The notes under the pieces: model-generated
What the model was told of the DNA's origin: nothing
Databases searched by the model: none
The model's input: only the letters and a program-made list of their open reading frames with translations
In this document: positions 1 to 13,138 of the stretch, one piece after another
How positions within the stretch are numbered: position 1 is the stretch's first letter
Layout of the letters: every line of letters starts with the position of its first letter
Source: Eledone cirrhosa
Lineage: Eukaryota
Reading direction: 5' to 3'
NCBI GenBank assembly: GCA_964016885.1
Contig: OZ024745.1
Location: forward strand, 74,338,001 to 74,402,000
DNA: 64,000 nt
Made by a program: the position numbers and the translations under genes

Positions 1-152
1 AGCATCAATTTCTATGTCAGAGCATGCTAATAAACTACAAGTAATGCCAATATTGAAAACCAATGGGCTTACACTTAATAGAGAAAAATATAAATTGATT
101 CTCTAAGTATCATGTCTCTGAACAGACATGCCATGTTATTACACATAATAAT

Positions 153-328
153 AATTGTTTCTACTTTTGGCACAAGGCCAGCAATTACCCAGTGCATTAC
201 TGGTACTTTATTTTATTTGAAAAGCAAAGTTAACCTCAGCAGGATTTGAACTCAGATCATACAGGGAGGTAACTCTATGCTTCAAAGCATGGCGTCCAAC
301 CCTCTACCGATACTGCCAATCCACCACC
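153..328 (-). mobile_element. tRNA-derived SINE, family A (central GCCTTTCATCC..GGTCGATAAAATAAAGTACCAG domain, AAAGTAGAAACAATT end)
   Basis: Reverse complement matches the copies at 28683, 34297 and 53516. It has an A-box-like TGGCAGTATCGGTAG and a B-box GAGTTCAAATCC. Confidence 0.8.
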
Positions 329-481
329 TTTACACACAATAATAATGAATTAAGTCAATTGTTTTTGCTAGTTTGCAACTAAAATAGTAGAGGTGAAGAA
401 TTGGCAGAGTTGTTAGAATGTCAGATAGAATGTTTTGTGGTATTCATTTCAGCTCTCTGCTCTATCAGTTCAAATCTTGCT

Positions 482-670
482 CGGGGTCTACCCCTGGGTC
501 TCCTACTGGTTGGATTTGTCCATAAAATCTGTCCAGTGATTCTTTCCTGAGACATTCTAACCACATGCTCATAGTATCAGAGCTGTGATTTCTCAATTCG
601 AAGCAGCAGTGGCTCTACCTAGATTGACTCTCTGATCTCCAAGCTACACACTCTATCAAATATCGTTACG
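482..670 (-). mobile_element. RTE-clade LINE family B, 3' ORF fragment, preceded by a partial SINE head at ~391-481
   Basis: Reverse complement aligns to 28930-29110 (GAGATCAGAGAGTCA...GAAATCACAGCTCTGATACTATG...GGTAGACCCC). Confidence 0.75.
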
Positions 671-1036
671 CTAAGACAGTTAAACAAAAGTAGCAACACA
701 GTTATTTGCAGCTGGCAAGGTGTGAGATAACAATTTTTGCTAAGGTTGTCATTGACATCATTATCATCTTTGCAGCAACTTTCTGCCTTAGACTTGTTAA
801 GTTACACAGATGTAAATTTATTTTTGAACCATGAAAAAAATAGAATGGACTAAACTCTATTTTCTAGAAGCATTGAGTGGATATGTATTTATTGAAAATT
901 AACTTAGTATAAATATACATTGAAGCTTCTATGAAAAATAGTCTAATGAATTGGGCATGAAAATCCAGAGGCTTCATCATCATCATCATTTTACGTCCGC
1001 TTTTCCCTGCTTGCAAGATATATATATATATATTTA

Positions 1037-1365
1037 TCATCATCATCATCATCATCACTGTTTTACGTCCGTTCTTCCACGCTAGCATGGGTTAGACGGG
1101 TTGTCCTGTTGTCGGCAGTGTCCGGTCGGCTGACCTTGTCTTGCTCATACGGGAACTGATTCTGGCTTGATTTCTACAGCTGGATGCCCTTCCTAACACC
1201 AACCTCATTTGCAGTGAGTGCTGGGTGCTTTTTTTCCGTGGCGCCTACACTTCCACTTTACAGTGTCGGCTGGGTGCTTTTATTGCCATGGCACCTCCAC
1301 GACCATTTTGCAGTGGGGGGGGGGTATTTTCTATATGCTTCAGCTTCGGCTTGTACCCGTAGGGG
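1037..1365 (-). mobile_element. RTE LINE family A, 3' UTR with (GAT)n tail
   Basis: Near-identical to the 3' UTRs at 1513-1810, 13139-13460 and 42050-42353. A second short tail lies at ~974-1016. Confidence 0.85.
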
Positions 1366-1512
1366 GTTTTGGTAAAAACAGAAGTAAGCAGGAGAAAGCT
1401 CTCTACATTTGTAGTGTGTAGTTACTATGGAAATAATTATAATGATTAAACGATTTATGTAACATCAGCATATTTCTTAATGACATGCTTATATGTATAT
1501 ATATATATAATA

Positions 1513-2715
1513 TCATCATCACCGTTTTACGTCCGTTCTTCCACGCTAGCATGGGTTAGACGGGTTGTCCTGTTGTGGGCAGTGTCTGCTGACCATGCCT
1601 TGCTCATACAGGAACTGATCTGGCTTGATTTCTACAGCTGGATGCCCTTCCTAACACCAACCTCATTTACAGTGAGTGCTGGGTGCTTTTTCGTGGCGCC
1701 TTCACGTCCACTTTACAGTGTGGGCTGGGTGCTTTTTTGCCATGGCACCTCCACGGCCACCTTGCGGTGGAGGGGGGGGGGGGGCATATTGTTTATATGC
1801 TTCAGCATGTACCCATGGGAGGTCGGGTACCCTGTATTACTGCGTGACGCCAGAAGTCACGGTCGTGTGTCATTGACTTTGAGAGGTGTAGTTGGGTAAG
1901 GTCGGCTTTTATCACCTCATCCCAAGTCATCTTGGGTCTCCCCACTCCGCGGTTTCCATCAACTTCTAGTGCTCTGCACCTTTTTATGCAGCTGTCATCC
2001 TTCATACGCATCACATGTCCATACCAGCGTAACCGCCTCTCCTGCACGCAGCATTTGATTCCTCTTATGCTCAGTCTCTCTCTCAATTCCTTTATGCTTT
2101 GTCGTTCACGTATATTACTGTTACACATCCATCGGAGCATGCAGGCTTCGTTTCTCTCTAATCTACGTAAGTCTTCCACCTTCAGCGCCCAGGTCTCACT
2201 ACCATGCAACATCGCTGTTCGGATACACGCATCATACAGTCTGCCTTTCATTCTGAGGGAGAAGCCTTTTGCAGCTAGCAGTGGTAGTAGTTCCCTAAAC
2301 TTCTTCCATCCCGTTCTTACCCTAGTTATTGTACTTTCTGAGCACCCACCTCCGTTGCTAATTCGGTCACCTAGGTAGCAGAAGCTGTCTACTGTTTCTA
2401 CAGGGCCCTCCCAGAGATTGGTGGTACTTGTTTCCTGTGGCTGTTTGCTTGCTGTTTCAGCACAGCTGCTGCATGTGAATCCTACATTCTTAATTAAGCT
2501 TCCTGAGATCCCGCTACATCTCTTGTGTACCCATTGTTTGCATTTGGGGCAGAGAATGGAGTTTCTACCTACACCTTTCCTACATACTGAGCAAGGCCAT
2601 TTCCCTGAGGGGATCTGGGTTCTGTTTTCTCGTCTACTTACAAGGACCTTAGTCTTTGTCATGTTGACTTTGAGGCCCTTTCTCTCTAGTCCCTGCTTCC
2701 AGGTTTGGAATTTAT

Positions 2716-2720
<5 letters not shown>
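1513..2720 (-). mobile_element. 5'-truncated RTE LINE family A (C-terminal RT region plus 3' UTR)
   Basis: ORF 1802-2720 encodes GLKVNMTKTK, a C4HC3 finger, FCYLG, MLHGSETW, RRLRWYGHVMR and GRPKMTW, all typical of the RTE ORF2 C-terminus. (GAT)n tail; the 5' end abuts (TA)n. Confidence 0.92.
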
Positions 2721-2767
<47 letters not shown>

Positions 2768-2792
2768 CATGTCATTAAGAAATATGCTGATG

Positions 2793-2825
<33 letters not shown>

Positions 2826-3883
2826 GGATATCTGTATATGAGGGATCAAGGAAAACAATGCTCTGTCTATTACAAGAGACCTTATTTAGTATAAAGTTTC
2901 ATACACTTAATATGTATACCTATATTGAAGACTTAATTAAATATTGAATAATTGATTATTTGATTGATTGTTGATTAATTGATATAACAAGCAGGGATTG
3001 ATTTTGATTAACTTGAGTTATTGGAATAAGGTAGCTAATAATCTTTCAACTGTTGATAATCTCTCCTAACTTCTATTGAATTTGTCTTTCATTTCACTCA
3101 CACTCTTCTTAATACATATATCAGTTTTCCATAAAAGCCCCAACACACACACACATCTCTTTCTCTTTCCAGTCTCATATCCCAGTATCCCCTGTTTTTT
3201 TTTCTTCTTCCATTCTGATCCTCTACATTTTTATATCCCTATTCACCCTATGTTGAACTTCCCACTAAACCTCACCTGGTCAGTGACACCTTTTTAAGTG
3301 ATACATGTGGGTGTATATGGTGTCTCTCGTTTTATTTCAACATAAAGTTTATTGTTAACATTTTACGCACATACACATGATACATACAGGTATTTTCTTT
3401 TACCTCATTGTTAACTAACAATGGCTACTCATATAAACTCCTGTGCTTTATAGTCATTTGTTTTTTTTTTTAGGTGGAGTTAATCTCTTTCTCTCTCTGT
3501 CCATGCCAACAGCACATTGACATGAGTATATATATATATATAGGAATGAGGTGTCAGAGTATCATCCATGCGTAATGAAGATCTAACACTTTGTCCTTTT
3601 TATTATTATTAATATATATGTTTCTTGTACACTATATGACACTTTCTCTCTTTATATATATATATATATATATTTCGTTTCTGAATTTGTTTAGCAAGAT
3701 TCTTTATCTGAAAACGTGTGTTGAAACTGATATTGTTATACTTTGGGAGGGTCATGTTGCCAATAAGAAACACACGCACCAGTTGCTTTCACTTCAATTT
3801 ATTATAATAAATTTATAAATTTAGGAATTTATAAATTTCTGGTTGGTTGGTTGGTTCCACAACCGGATGATTGTTTATATATT

Positions 3884-3926
3884 GTCAAAGTTCTTTCGTC
3901 ACACATTCTGTGACCTCTTCAGTGAC
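3884..3926 (-). ncRNA. Minimal type I hammerhead ribozyme in the 3' pLTR
   Basis: GUCA-CUGAAGA-G-GUCACA/UGUGAC-GAAA-G(AA)C-UU-UGAC. Stems I, II and a minimal stem III all pair. Confidence 0.75.
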
Positions 3927-4125
3927 TGGGGATTCTTTTCTTTGTTTTTGTGCTTCTCCTTTGTTCTGTCCTACGCCATCTTGTTTTTGTATGTGTTGTG
4001 TGCTTAGTTTGCGCATGTGTTACATCCGGGTGTTTGTGTGTGTTTATATTTGTTTATTTGTTTGTTTATTTACATGTTACTGGTTGGTTGTTTGTTTTAT
4101 GTGTGTGTGTGTTTGCATTTTGTCC

Positions 4126-6522
4126 TTAATTGTAAGTTGTGATGTTGCTGTTCCATTCATGTTTTCTATTTAATTTTGGTTGGAGTTCATTTATGTTTAT
4201 TGCCTCTGTGATTTGTCTAAACATTGCGTCTTTTCTGTGTGTAGATTCTATTTTTATTTCTATGTTCTCTAATTTACCCTTATGTTCTATTTTAGCATGT
4301 TGGTAGAGTACAGATGATTCTTTACTATCTTGAAGGTTCGCCAGTGTTCATTTATCCGTTCCCCTATACTACGAGCTGTCTCACCTATGTACACAATATT
4401 CTTATCTCTACATTGTCCTTCAGTACATCTTATGCTATATACTACATTTCTAGTTTTACAGTTAATATGGGGGCTTAATTTACAGATTATACATTTCTTG
4501 ACTATACAGGGAGGTCTTTGAAAAGGGTATGTATTGCTAATAAGTGTTTTTATGGAGGTACCTGGTCTTTCTACTATCTTAATATTGAGTTTATGTTTAT
4601 CTAGGGCCCTTCTAAATTTGTAAGCTAATTCACCTCTAGGGGTTGTATCGATGAACATTACACTCTGGTATTTATTGCTATCATACCATGAGTTTATTCT
4701 ATTAACCTTATTCCTAGTTCTTTCTATTCTATTCCAAAATTTGCTCCTATACAAGAGGCAGGTCCCATTTGTGTCATTATTTACCATTTTTTCCCATTTG
4801 GTTCTGGCTCCTCTATATACTCTGATTTTATCTCTCTGATTGTAACCAGAGAACTGCATACGGTGGATGAAGTGTTGTATGTGTCTCTCTAGTTCTTTGG
4901 GGTTGCACAAGCGGGACACGTTTCTCATCACCTGTACCAAATCCGCAATCAGTATGGTGATTTTGGTATGGTCCGAAACAGCTGAGTTTCGGTGGATCAG
5001 ATATTTGGAAGTCATGGGTTTGGCATAATGGGAATGGAGGATTTGTTTTTTGTTATTAATGGTATCTAACCAGAGCTCTGTGTTTAGTACAGGTAATCGA
5101 TGGTTGGGGGTGTTTGCTTGGGTAGTCTACAGTAACTCTAATACTGTGATGGATGGAGTTAGCTATTTGCTGGATGCTTTCCATGGTGTTTTTCTCTAAT
5201 TCCTGACTGTTCTCTAGTGGGGGTGTTTTTACTACGATGTTTATATCATCAACGTAGCGGGAGTACATTATCAGGGTTAAGGGGTCTTCTAATTGTTCTT
5301 TAAGTTTAAGTCCCACCATACCATGAATAGGTTAGCTATGTCGCCTGCAATGCTAACACCAATGGCTGCTCCCTCCTCTTGGGCATATGTTTTTCCATTA
5401 AATTTGAACATATGTTCCTTAAGGGTTAATTTTATGCTGGCCCCCACCGCATGTGCAATCATTTTCTTTAGTTCATCGTGGTTTTCGGGGGTCTGTATGG
5501 CTCTGGTCCACCCATTCCATCTATCTGTGTGGGTTTTCTTGGCCATTGAGCTAATGGTAGGTGGTCTGCCTCTTGCTGGTCTTGTAGGGCATAGGTTGCT
5601 AAGGCCATATGTATCTAGATAATTATTACTATAGGTAAGTTTAAGTAGGAGTCCCAGCTCACTGGTATCAATTCCACGGAATTCAACATTGCTCTCACTG
5701 ATCATTTCTACGCATTTCTCCACAGCAAAATCCACGTCAATAGATGGATACAGGGACACAACATCCATACTACCTATTATGCTGTTTGTTAGGTCCCTAG
5801 ATCGGTTACTCCCGCCGATTCTGCTGAAGAGGTCCTCCGTGCTGTCACATATATCTGGGGACATTTCAATGATGGGGCGTATGATCAGGGAGAGGAAGTA
5901 GGACAGTCTGTAGTTACTAGCAATGTTAGCTCCACAGACTGGCCATGTTGGTGGTCCTGTGACAGAGTCACTGGTCGTTTTATGGTCTTTTTGAAGCCCA
6001 TACAACGTTGGCACGTCATTGTTCCAGGCCTGGAAGTTGTTGGCAGTCCTTTTGTTGGGCTGCATTATATTTGTCCACATCATCATATGGGCATTGAGGG
6101 CTTTTTCCCTATCCTCATGCTCTTGTGGTGTTACTTCTCTTGTGTTAGTGATGTGGGGTTGCATTGCCTGGATGTAGTTTGACAGACTGTCAACCGACAT
6201 TCTGCCAGACTTGTCTGTTGGAAAGCATGCAATCCCTCCATTACGCGAGCGTTGCATGAGCTTACGCAAGCCATTTGCAGATTTTTCTCACAGTTGCTGG
6301 GCCTCCATTCTATTATGCTTCTTGCTATACTGTTCTATAATATTTCTAAGTTTAGATCTAGCTATACTAAATTGTGCTTCTGTTTGTTCATCGACCTGCG
6401 ACGACAATTGCGTGCGTTTGTTAAAAGCTAAAGTCGTGGCGTGGACTTGTCGCAGGTCGAACGACTTATCGGAAGGATTATAAAAAGTAGAGTTCCAGGC
6501 TGCTGCTTTATGTGTACTAATG
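4126..6522 (-). pseudogene. PLE reverse transcriptase / GIY-YIG endonuclease polyprotein, disrupted
   Basis: Motifs: TDKSG, GSMDVVSLYPSID, QEEGAAIGVSIAGDIANLFM, RYVDD, a CxxxxCxxC...C linker, NVVYSIRC..C..VYIGETARS. Frameshifts at ~5310, ~5105 and ~4330; in-frame TGA at 6288-6290. The shifted frame ends ...RQITEAININELQPKLNRKHEWN...TAA at 4126. Confidence 0.9.
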
Positions 6523-6735
6523 AGAGACATAGAAACAACCATGAGGCTGTTGGTGGAAATAGAAATAGAAACAACACAACTAACAATAACAATAGCATTA
6601 GTACTCATAAAGCAGCAGCCTGGAACTCTACTTTTTATAATCCTTCCGATAAGTCGTTTGACCTGCGACGAGTCCACGCCACGACTTTAGCTTTTAACAA
6701 ACGCACGCAATTGCCGTCGCAGGTTGATGAGCAAA
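6383..6735. repeat. Inverted duplication of PLE ORF sequence (~140-bp arms, ~75-bp spacer)
   Basis: 6383-6522 is the reverse complement of 6597-6735, with a few substitutions. Confidence 0.9.
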
Positions 6736-6751
6736 AAGAAAAGAATCCCCA

Positions 6752-6794
6752 GTCACTGAAGAGGTCACAGAATGTGTGACGAAAGAACTTTGAC
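6752..6794 (+). ncRNA. Minimal type I hammerhead ribozyme in the inverted pLTR
   Basis: gtca ctgaaga g gtcaca gaatg tgtgac gaaa gaac tt tgac, identical to the minus-strand copy. Confidence 0.75.
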
Positions 6795-6945
6795 AATATA
6801 TAAACAACCATCCGGTTGTGGAACCAACCAACCAACCGGAAATTTATAAATTCCTAAATTTATAAATTTATTATAATAAATTGAAGTGAAAGCAACTGGT
6901 GCATGTGTTTCTTATTGGCAACATGACCCTCCCAAAGTATAACAA

Positions 6946-8058
<1,113 letters not shown>

Positions 8059-8416
8059 AAATAAAAACATATGTCTGTTTATTGTTTATCTGTATACATC
8101 CACCATGGTATACCCACTTAGTTTTGACACACCCGATTGATGTCTGTCATTTTCATTGTGACTCCAAACAAACTGCAGAAAATATCAAATGCAAGCTGGT
8201 TAGCTGGATCAAAAAGAAATTCACCCTTACAACCCTTCCACCAACTCTTTATTATAAAATAAATAATAACCCACAATTTTTTAATAACATTTCAAAGGAA
8301 AGTCTGAGTGAATAATATAGGGAACAGTGGGATGTGAAAAAATGTAAGGGGTGGTGTTGGAATGTGTGAAATCTGTTTGTTTACTTGTTTTGTTTGTCAT
8401 TTTTATCCCAGTTTTC

Positions 8417-8772
8417 CCTCTCTCTCTCTCCCCACTCTCTCCCCACTCTCTCCCTCTCTCTCTCCCTGTGTCTCCCTCTCTCTCTCTCCTTCACTCTCTC
8501 TCCCTGTGTCTCCCTCATACTCTCTCCCTATGTCTCCCTCACACTCTCTCTTCCACTTTCCCTCCCACTCTCTCCCTCACTCTCTCTCTCGCACTCTCCC
8601 CCTCACTCTCTCTCTCTCCCACTCTCCCCCTCACTCTCTCTCTCTCTCTCTCTCCCACTCTCCCCCTCTCTCCCACTCTCCCCCTCACTCACTCTCTCTC
8701 TCTCCCACTCTCCCCCTCACTCTCTCTCTCTCTCCCACTCTCTTCCTCACTCTCTCCCTCACTCTCTCTCTC
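8417..8772. repeat. CT-rich compound microsatellite (CTCT/CCCACTCT units)
   Basis: Directly visible polypyrimidine tract. Confidence 0.95.
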
Positions 8773-8877
8773 ATGCAAACACATACACACACTACAAAAT
8801 CATCATTGTCATAAGGAAACCCTTGCTTATAATTGCTCCTTGTTTTTTTGTTGTTTTTTTTGTTGCCACTTTAATCC

Positions 8878-8913
<36 letters not shown>

Positions 8914-9280
8914 GCAAACACACACATATAAGGAAACCCTCTCTTGAAATTACTTTTTGCAAATTATAGAAAAAGATGCTAAAATACATACAAAGCACAC
9001 ACACACATACATACACACGCACGCACACATACATACACACACACACATACATATATACACATAGCCACACACATACATACAAACACATACCCCCACACAC
9101 ATGATACTCTGTTAATAAGGCATTTTTTGTTGTTAGTTTATTATTTACATTAAATTTTTTAAAATCTTTTTTACCATCATCTTTCTATAGATTTTAATAT
9201 TTTTGTTTCATTTATTTATATTTATAAATTCCTGGTCTTCTGTTCTTTCTGCAGGTTTTATTTGTTGTTGTTGTTCACTT

Positions 9281-9328
<48 letters not shown>

Positions 9329-9526
9329 CTTAACTTTTTTTTAATATACATTTTATTTCATTAAGTCTATTTTCATTTTTTTCTGAAATTTGTTTATATA
9401 CCTATTTACAACTTATCTTTAGATATTTTTCATTATATAACACCTAAAAATATTAGCAAGGACTGCAATTAAAACATTTCAAAAACATATATACATACAA
9501 ATATTATCCCTTATATATATATATCC

Positions 9527-9607
<81 letters not shown>

Positions 9608-10092
9608 ATTATATACCATATTAAATGGCTTCATGGCATCTCTTTTGCTGCCAATAGCCACAATAGCTGATCATTTTCAATTGCTATAAAACTGATCCTC
9701 TCTCCATATTGGAATTTACTCTGCTTGTCAGCAAATTTAATCTGTATGTGTGTGTCCGCGCATGCGTGTGTTATGAATGAAGAAACAGAAATATTGAGAA
9801 TCAAAGACACCAAGGAAAGCAGCTGGAATAATTCTCAGAGCACACACATGAATACATGCATACACACACATTGTTGGCACTGCTCATTTAAAGAGTTTTC
9901 GTATTTTGATAGAAGAAAACTGTTTAACCATATAAGGCGTAATGCCAGTTAAAGGAAAATAACCTTAACAAATGTTATTCCAGGAATAAATCCAAAGATT
10001 TGGATGCAACAGAACTAATTATATACACATGTGCATACACATATTTTTATACAAAGCTAGCACTTCAAGCTTTTGTTTCATAGTTTCTTACT

Positions 10093-10326
10093 TTAACCAT
10101 TTAGCATTTAAACCGGCCGTATCCGGTCAGAATCTCTCACCTCTTTCTGTTCAAATTCAAACCGGCTGTAATCAGCCACTCATACAGATATTAAGGTATT
10201 ATTCTCAAAATAAATAATATCAACATCTTGTAAATTTGATATTATGTGAGATAATTATGTAAGATAAAGCCTTTACCACAAAAATACAATAGTATATATA
10301 GAGTAATGTAAATGCTAAAGGGTTTT
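10093..10326. mobile_element. TTAA-flanked MITE family 1 (piggyBac-type ends)
   Basis: TIR CCMTTTAGCATTTA...TAAATGCTAAAGG. Related copies at 26221, 39676 and ~52895-53036. Confidence 0.75.
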
Positions 10327-11371
10327 GAATGAGCACAGTGCCAGCTTCATATAAACATGTAATTATAATCTAAATGTATTGAATACCTTTTCTCTCATTT
10401 ATAATAAAGTAAGTGTACATGTATTGGTGTGTGTGTGTTTGTATATTTATTCTATATACAAAAGTATATGTGTGTGGCTCTATGTGTGTTGAACATTATA
10501 ATTGAAGCAAGTTGGCAAGTACTCTCAATAGGTGTGAAAAGGAATACAGTGCTTAATTGGGAAGAGAGTGGAAATATATCATTTATTTATGTTCAGACAC
10601 AGAACAAAAGTGCGACCCATACATATATATATATACATATACTTGCTGTGGAATAAACCTAATATTTCTAGTATCCCAGTGCAGATATTGAATCTACTAC
10701 AGTTTCCAATATTTTAAAGTGATCATGAGAGTTTGTTTAATTCTTTCACTATGTTGTTATGTAAAGACAACTCATAACTACATGAGAAATATTTCTGAGT
10801 TCACACAGGGCTGAGTTAATATTGATTTAAGAATTGTTAAGAAATTTATAATATTCCAACACAGCATAAAAGTCAAGAGATTTGTAACAACACTAAATTC
10901 AATATCTTAGACAGAACTGCCCAAAGTTTGGATGTCTATCACCAAGTTTCATACCATATAATATGGTATTAGATAACAGAAACTAGACTGTGTTGCTCTT
11001 ACAAATAAAAGATGGGGTTAACAATGCAAGCAAAGTAATAATAAAAGAAATAATATTAAATAGAAGAAAGAAAACAAAAAACAGAAAAAATGGTAGTAAA
11101 AATATGATGTGAAGTGGAAAGTTGCTTCAATATCTGTGCTGTGCTGTGCTGCTGTTTAGAAAGTTGGTGGTATATCTTCTAAGTTTCATTCAATAGTATA
11201 ATTACTTGTTTTGCTTTTCATGCTGAATTGGTGTATTAATAATGCATATGTGATTGGTTTGTTGTGCTGGGGAATATGTTGTTGTTTAACCCAAAGTCAG
11301 CCATGGTTGAGCTGACTTATGATCAATGGTATTCCAACCATGACCTAGCTTTTCTTAGTTTAGTCCAGTGT

Positions 11372-11566
11372 CTATCTTAAGCCAGGAGGCTAATTAGGTC
11401 GGCGCTTATCCCAGTTTCGTGTCATGAAGCAACTGAATATACTGGAGCAATGTGAATTGAAGTGTTTTGTTCAAGAACACAACACACAACCCAATCCAGG
11501 AATCAAACCCATGACATTATGATCATAAGTCCAACACCCTTACCACTAGGCCATGTGCCTCCACAA
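11372..11566 (-). mobile_element. tRNA-derived SINE family B, nested in an older interspersed repeat (~11278-11690)
   Basis: Reverse complement begins GGAGGCACATGGCCTAGTGGTAAGG and matches 38050 and 53155. The flanks match the old repeat also seen at ~31315-31690, ~39665-40065, ~60440 and ~61975. Confidence 0.75.
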
Positions 11567-11858
11567 TAGTCCAGTGTACTTTGGAATACACTATCCAATA
11601 AATTCTCCGTTCAGACAATAGTGTGTTATTTAAAGGATACTTGGTTGCTATATCTAGCAGGTTGAGCAGGCATGTAGAGACTCTCGTGTCTTAGTGTTGA
11701 TGGGTTCTCAGTAGATATGGCCTTAGCTTGTTCACTTGTGAAAGTACGAAAGAGAAATATACAAACAAACAAAAAAAACAGAAATATTCAAACAATGTAT
11801 GAAATCGAATTTTATTTTATATATGTATAGATAGATATCTTTCTTTATTTATATATTT

Positions 11859-11889
<31 letters not shown>

Positions 11890-11910
11890 GGGGGGGGGGA
11901 GACAAAGAAT

Positions 11911-12102
11911 GTGCAGAAGTGCTGTAAAGATAGCTTATAAAATAGTGTGAAAACCCTTAAAAGACAGAAAAAAACTATGAGAAAATGAACCCCATATCTT
12001 CCAGATTCCTCATAGCACCCGTTGGCAACTTCTTTTTCCATCTTTTAAGGGTCTTCACCCTATTTTGTAAGCTATCTTTATAGCACTTCTGTGCTTGAGC
12101 AC
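11911..12102. repeat. Fold-back element, ~65-bp imperfect arms, next to a (TA)n(GA)n tract
   Basis: 11911-11974 is the approximate reverse complement of 12031-12094; followed by TTGAGCAC. Confidence 0.7.
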
Positions 12103-12956
12103 ATTTTTTATACCAGAAGTATTCATTGTAAAGGAATAAATGTGCTACAGTGAAAAAGAGAGCAAGTTCAGAGAAGGCAAAACAAGAATCAGTTGGTGTC
12201 TAATGCATCATTTGTGTTGCCTGAGATATGATGACAGATTTGTATGCTAGGTTACATTTCATACACATATGGTTTCAGGTCATACAGTACAGCTGTTTTT
12301 ACATACTAATCTATACATAAATATACAGGCATAGTAACTCTGACACACACACACACACACACATAACAAACCAGTAGAGAGAAACCATGGAACAGTGAAC
12401 TGTTTTATCTAATAAAAATGTTATGTGAATCATAATTTCATAATAAAAATACAATTGTTTTAGTTAACGGAATGACTCTGGTACAACATGGACGATAATT
12501 TGCTCTACTTCCACACCAGTTATAGTTCCCCACAAACTTTAGTTGTAAAATAAAAGCAGGTTGACAAGAGTTGTTTAGGGATGGTTGTTAAACATTATCA
12601 CATCTTGAAGTAACTGTTGTTCATTGTCAGAAATAGTTGACCGTTTGCAATATATTTTTTAAATCTTTATACATTGTCCATATTGTTTGTAAACTCCAAA
12701 ATCCAATATCACACTCTTTCAACCCCCATTTATGTTCTACATTCTCTCTCTATCTCTCTCTTTCATCGTCACCGTGTTTTGCATTGACATTTCCATGCTG
12801 GTATGGGTTGGACAGGATTTTTTTGTGGCAATGTTTTACAGCTGTATGCTCTTCCTGATACCAACCCTTTTAGTTGCTTCTTATGACGCAGGGATATTCT
12901 AAACTGGATTCAGACACACACACACACACGCACGCACACACACACATATACAGTAT

Positions 12957-13031
12957 ATATTCATTTTATTAAGGCTAAATAAAATGAATAATTTAACTCT
13001 ACTTCAGTATTGAGTACTCTTTCCTTTCAGC
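12957..13031 (+). mobile_element. Internally deleted copy of the 43008 hairpin element
   Basis: TATTCATTTTATTAAGGCTAAATA is joined directly to ATGAATA..ACTCTACTTCAGTATTGAGTACTCTTT; both halves match the ends of 43008-43210. Confidence 0.7.
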
Positions 13032-13138
13032 TGTCAACTACATACAGATATATTTGGTAAAGTATGTGTTAGTTTATCATCAACACTATTGTATGCAGGA
13101 TAGAGCACTCCACAAGGTACACAAGGGGGTATGTTTAT

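Noticed and set aside
1932-2894. Plus-strand ORFs of 148 and 158 aa (similar ones at 19092, 21563 and 13582)
   Set aside because: They are antisense shadows of the RTE ORF.
3694-3735. CTGAAAA...GAAACTGATA hammerhead-like string beside the pLTR
   Set aside because: The core is mismatched and stems I and II do not pair convincingly.
6288-6779. Two overlapping opposite-strand ORFs with shared peptide sequence
   Set aside because: An artefact of the inverted duplication of PLE ORF sequence, not separate genes.
8351-8969. Ser/Leu/Pro-rich ORFs
   Set aside because: They are translations of the CT repeat.
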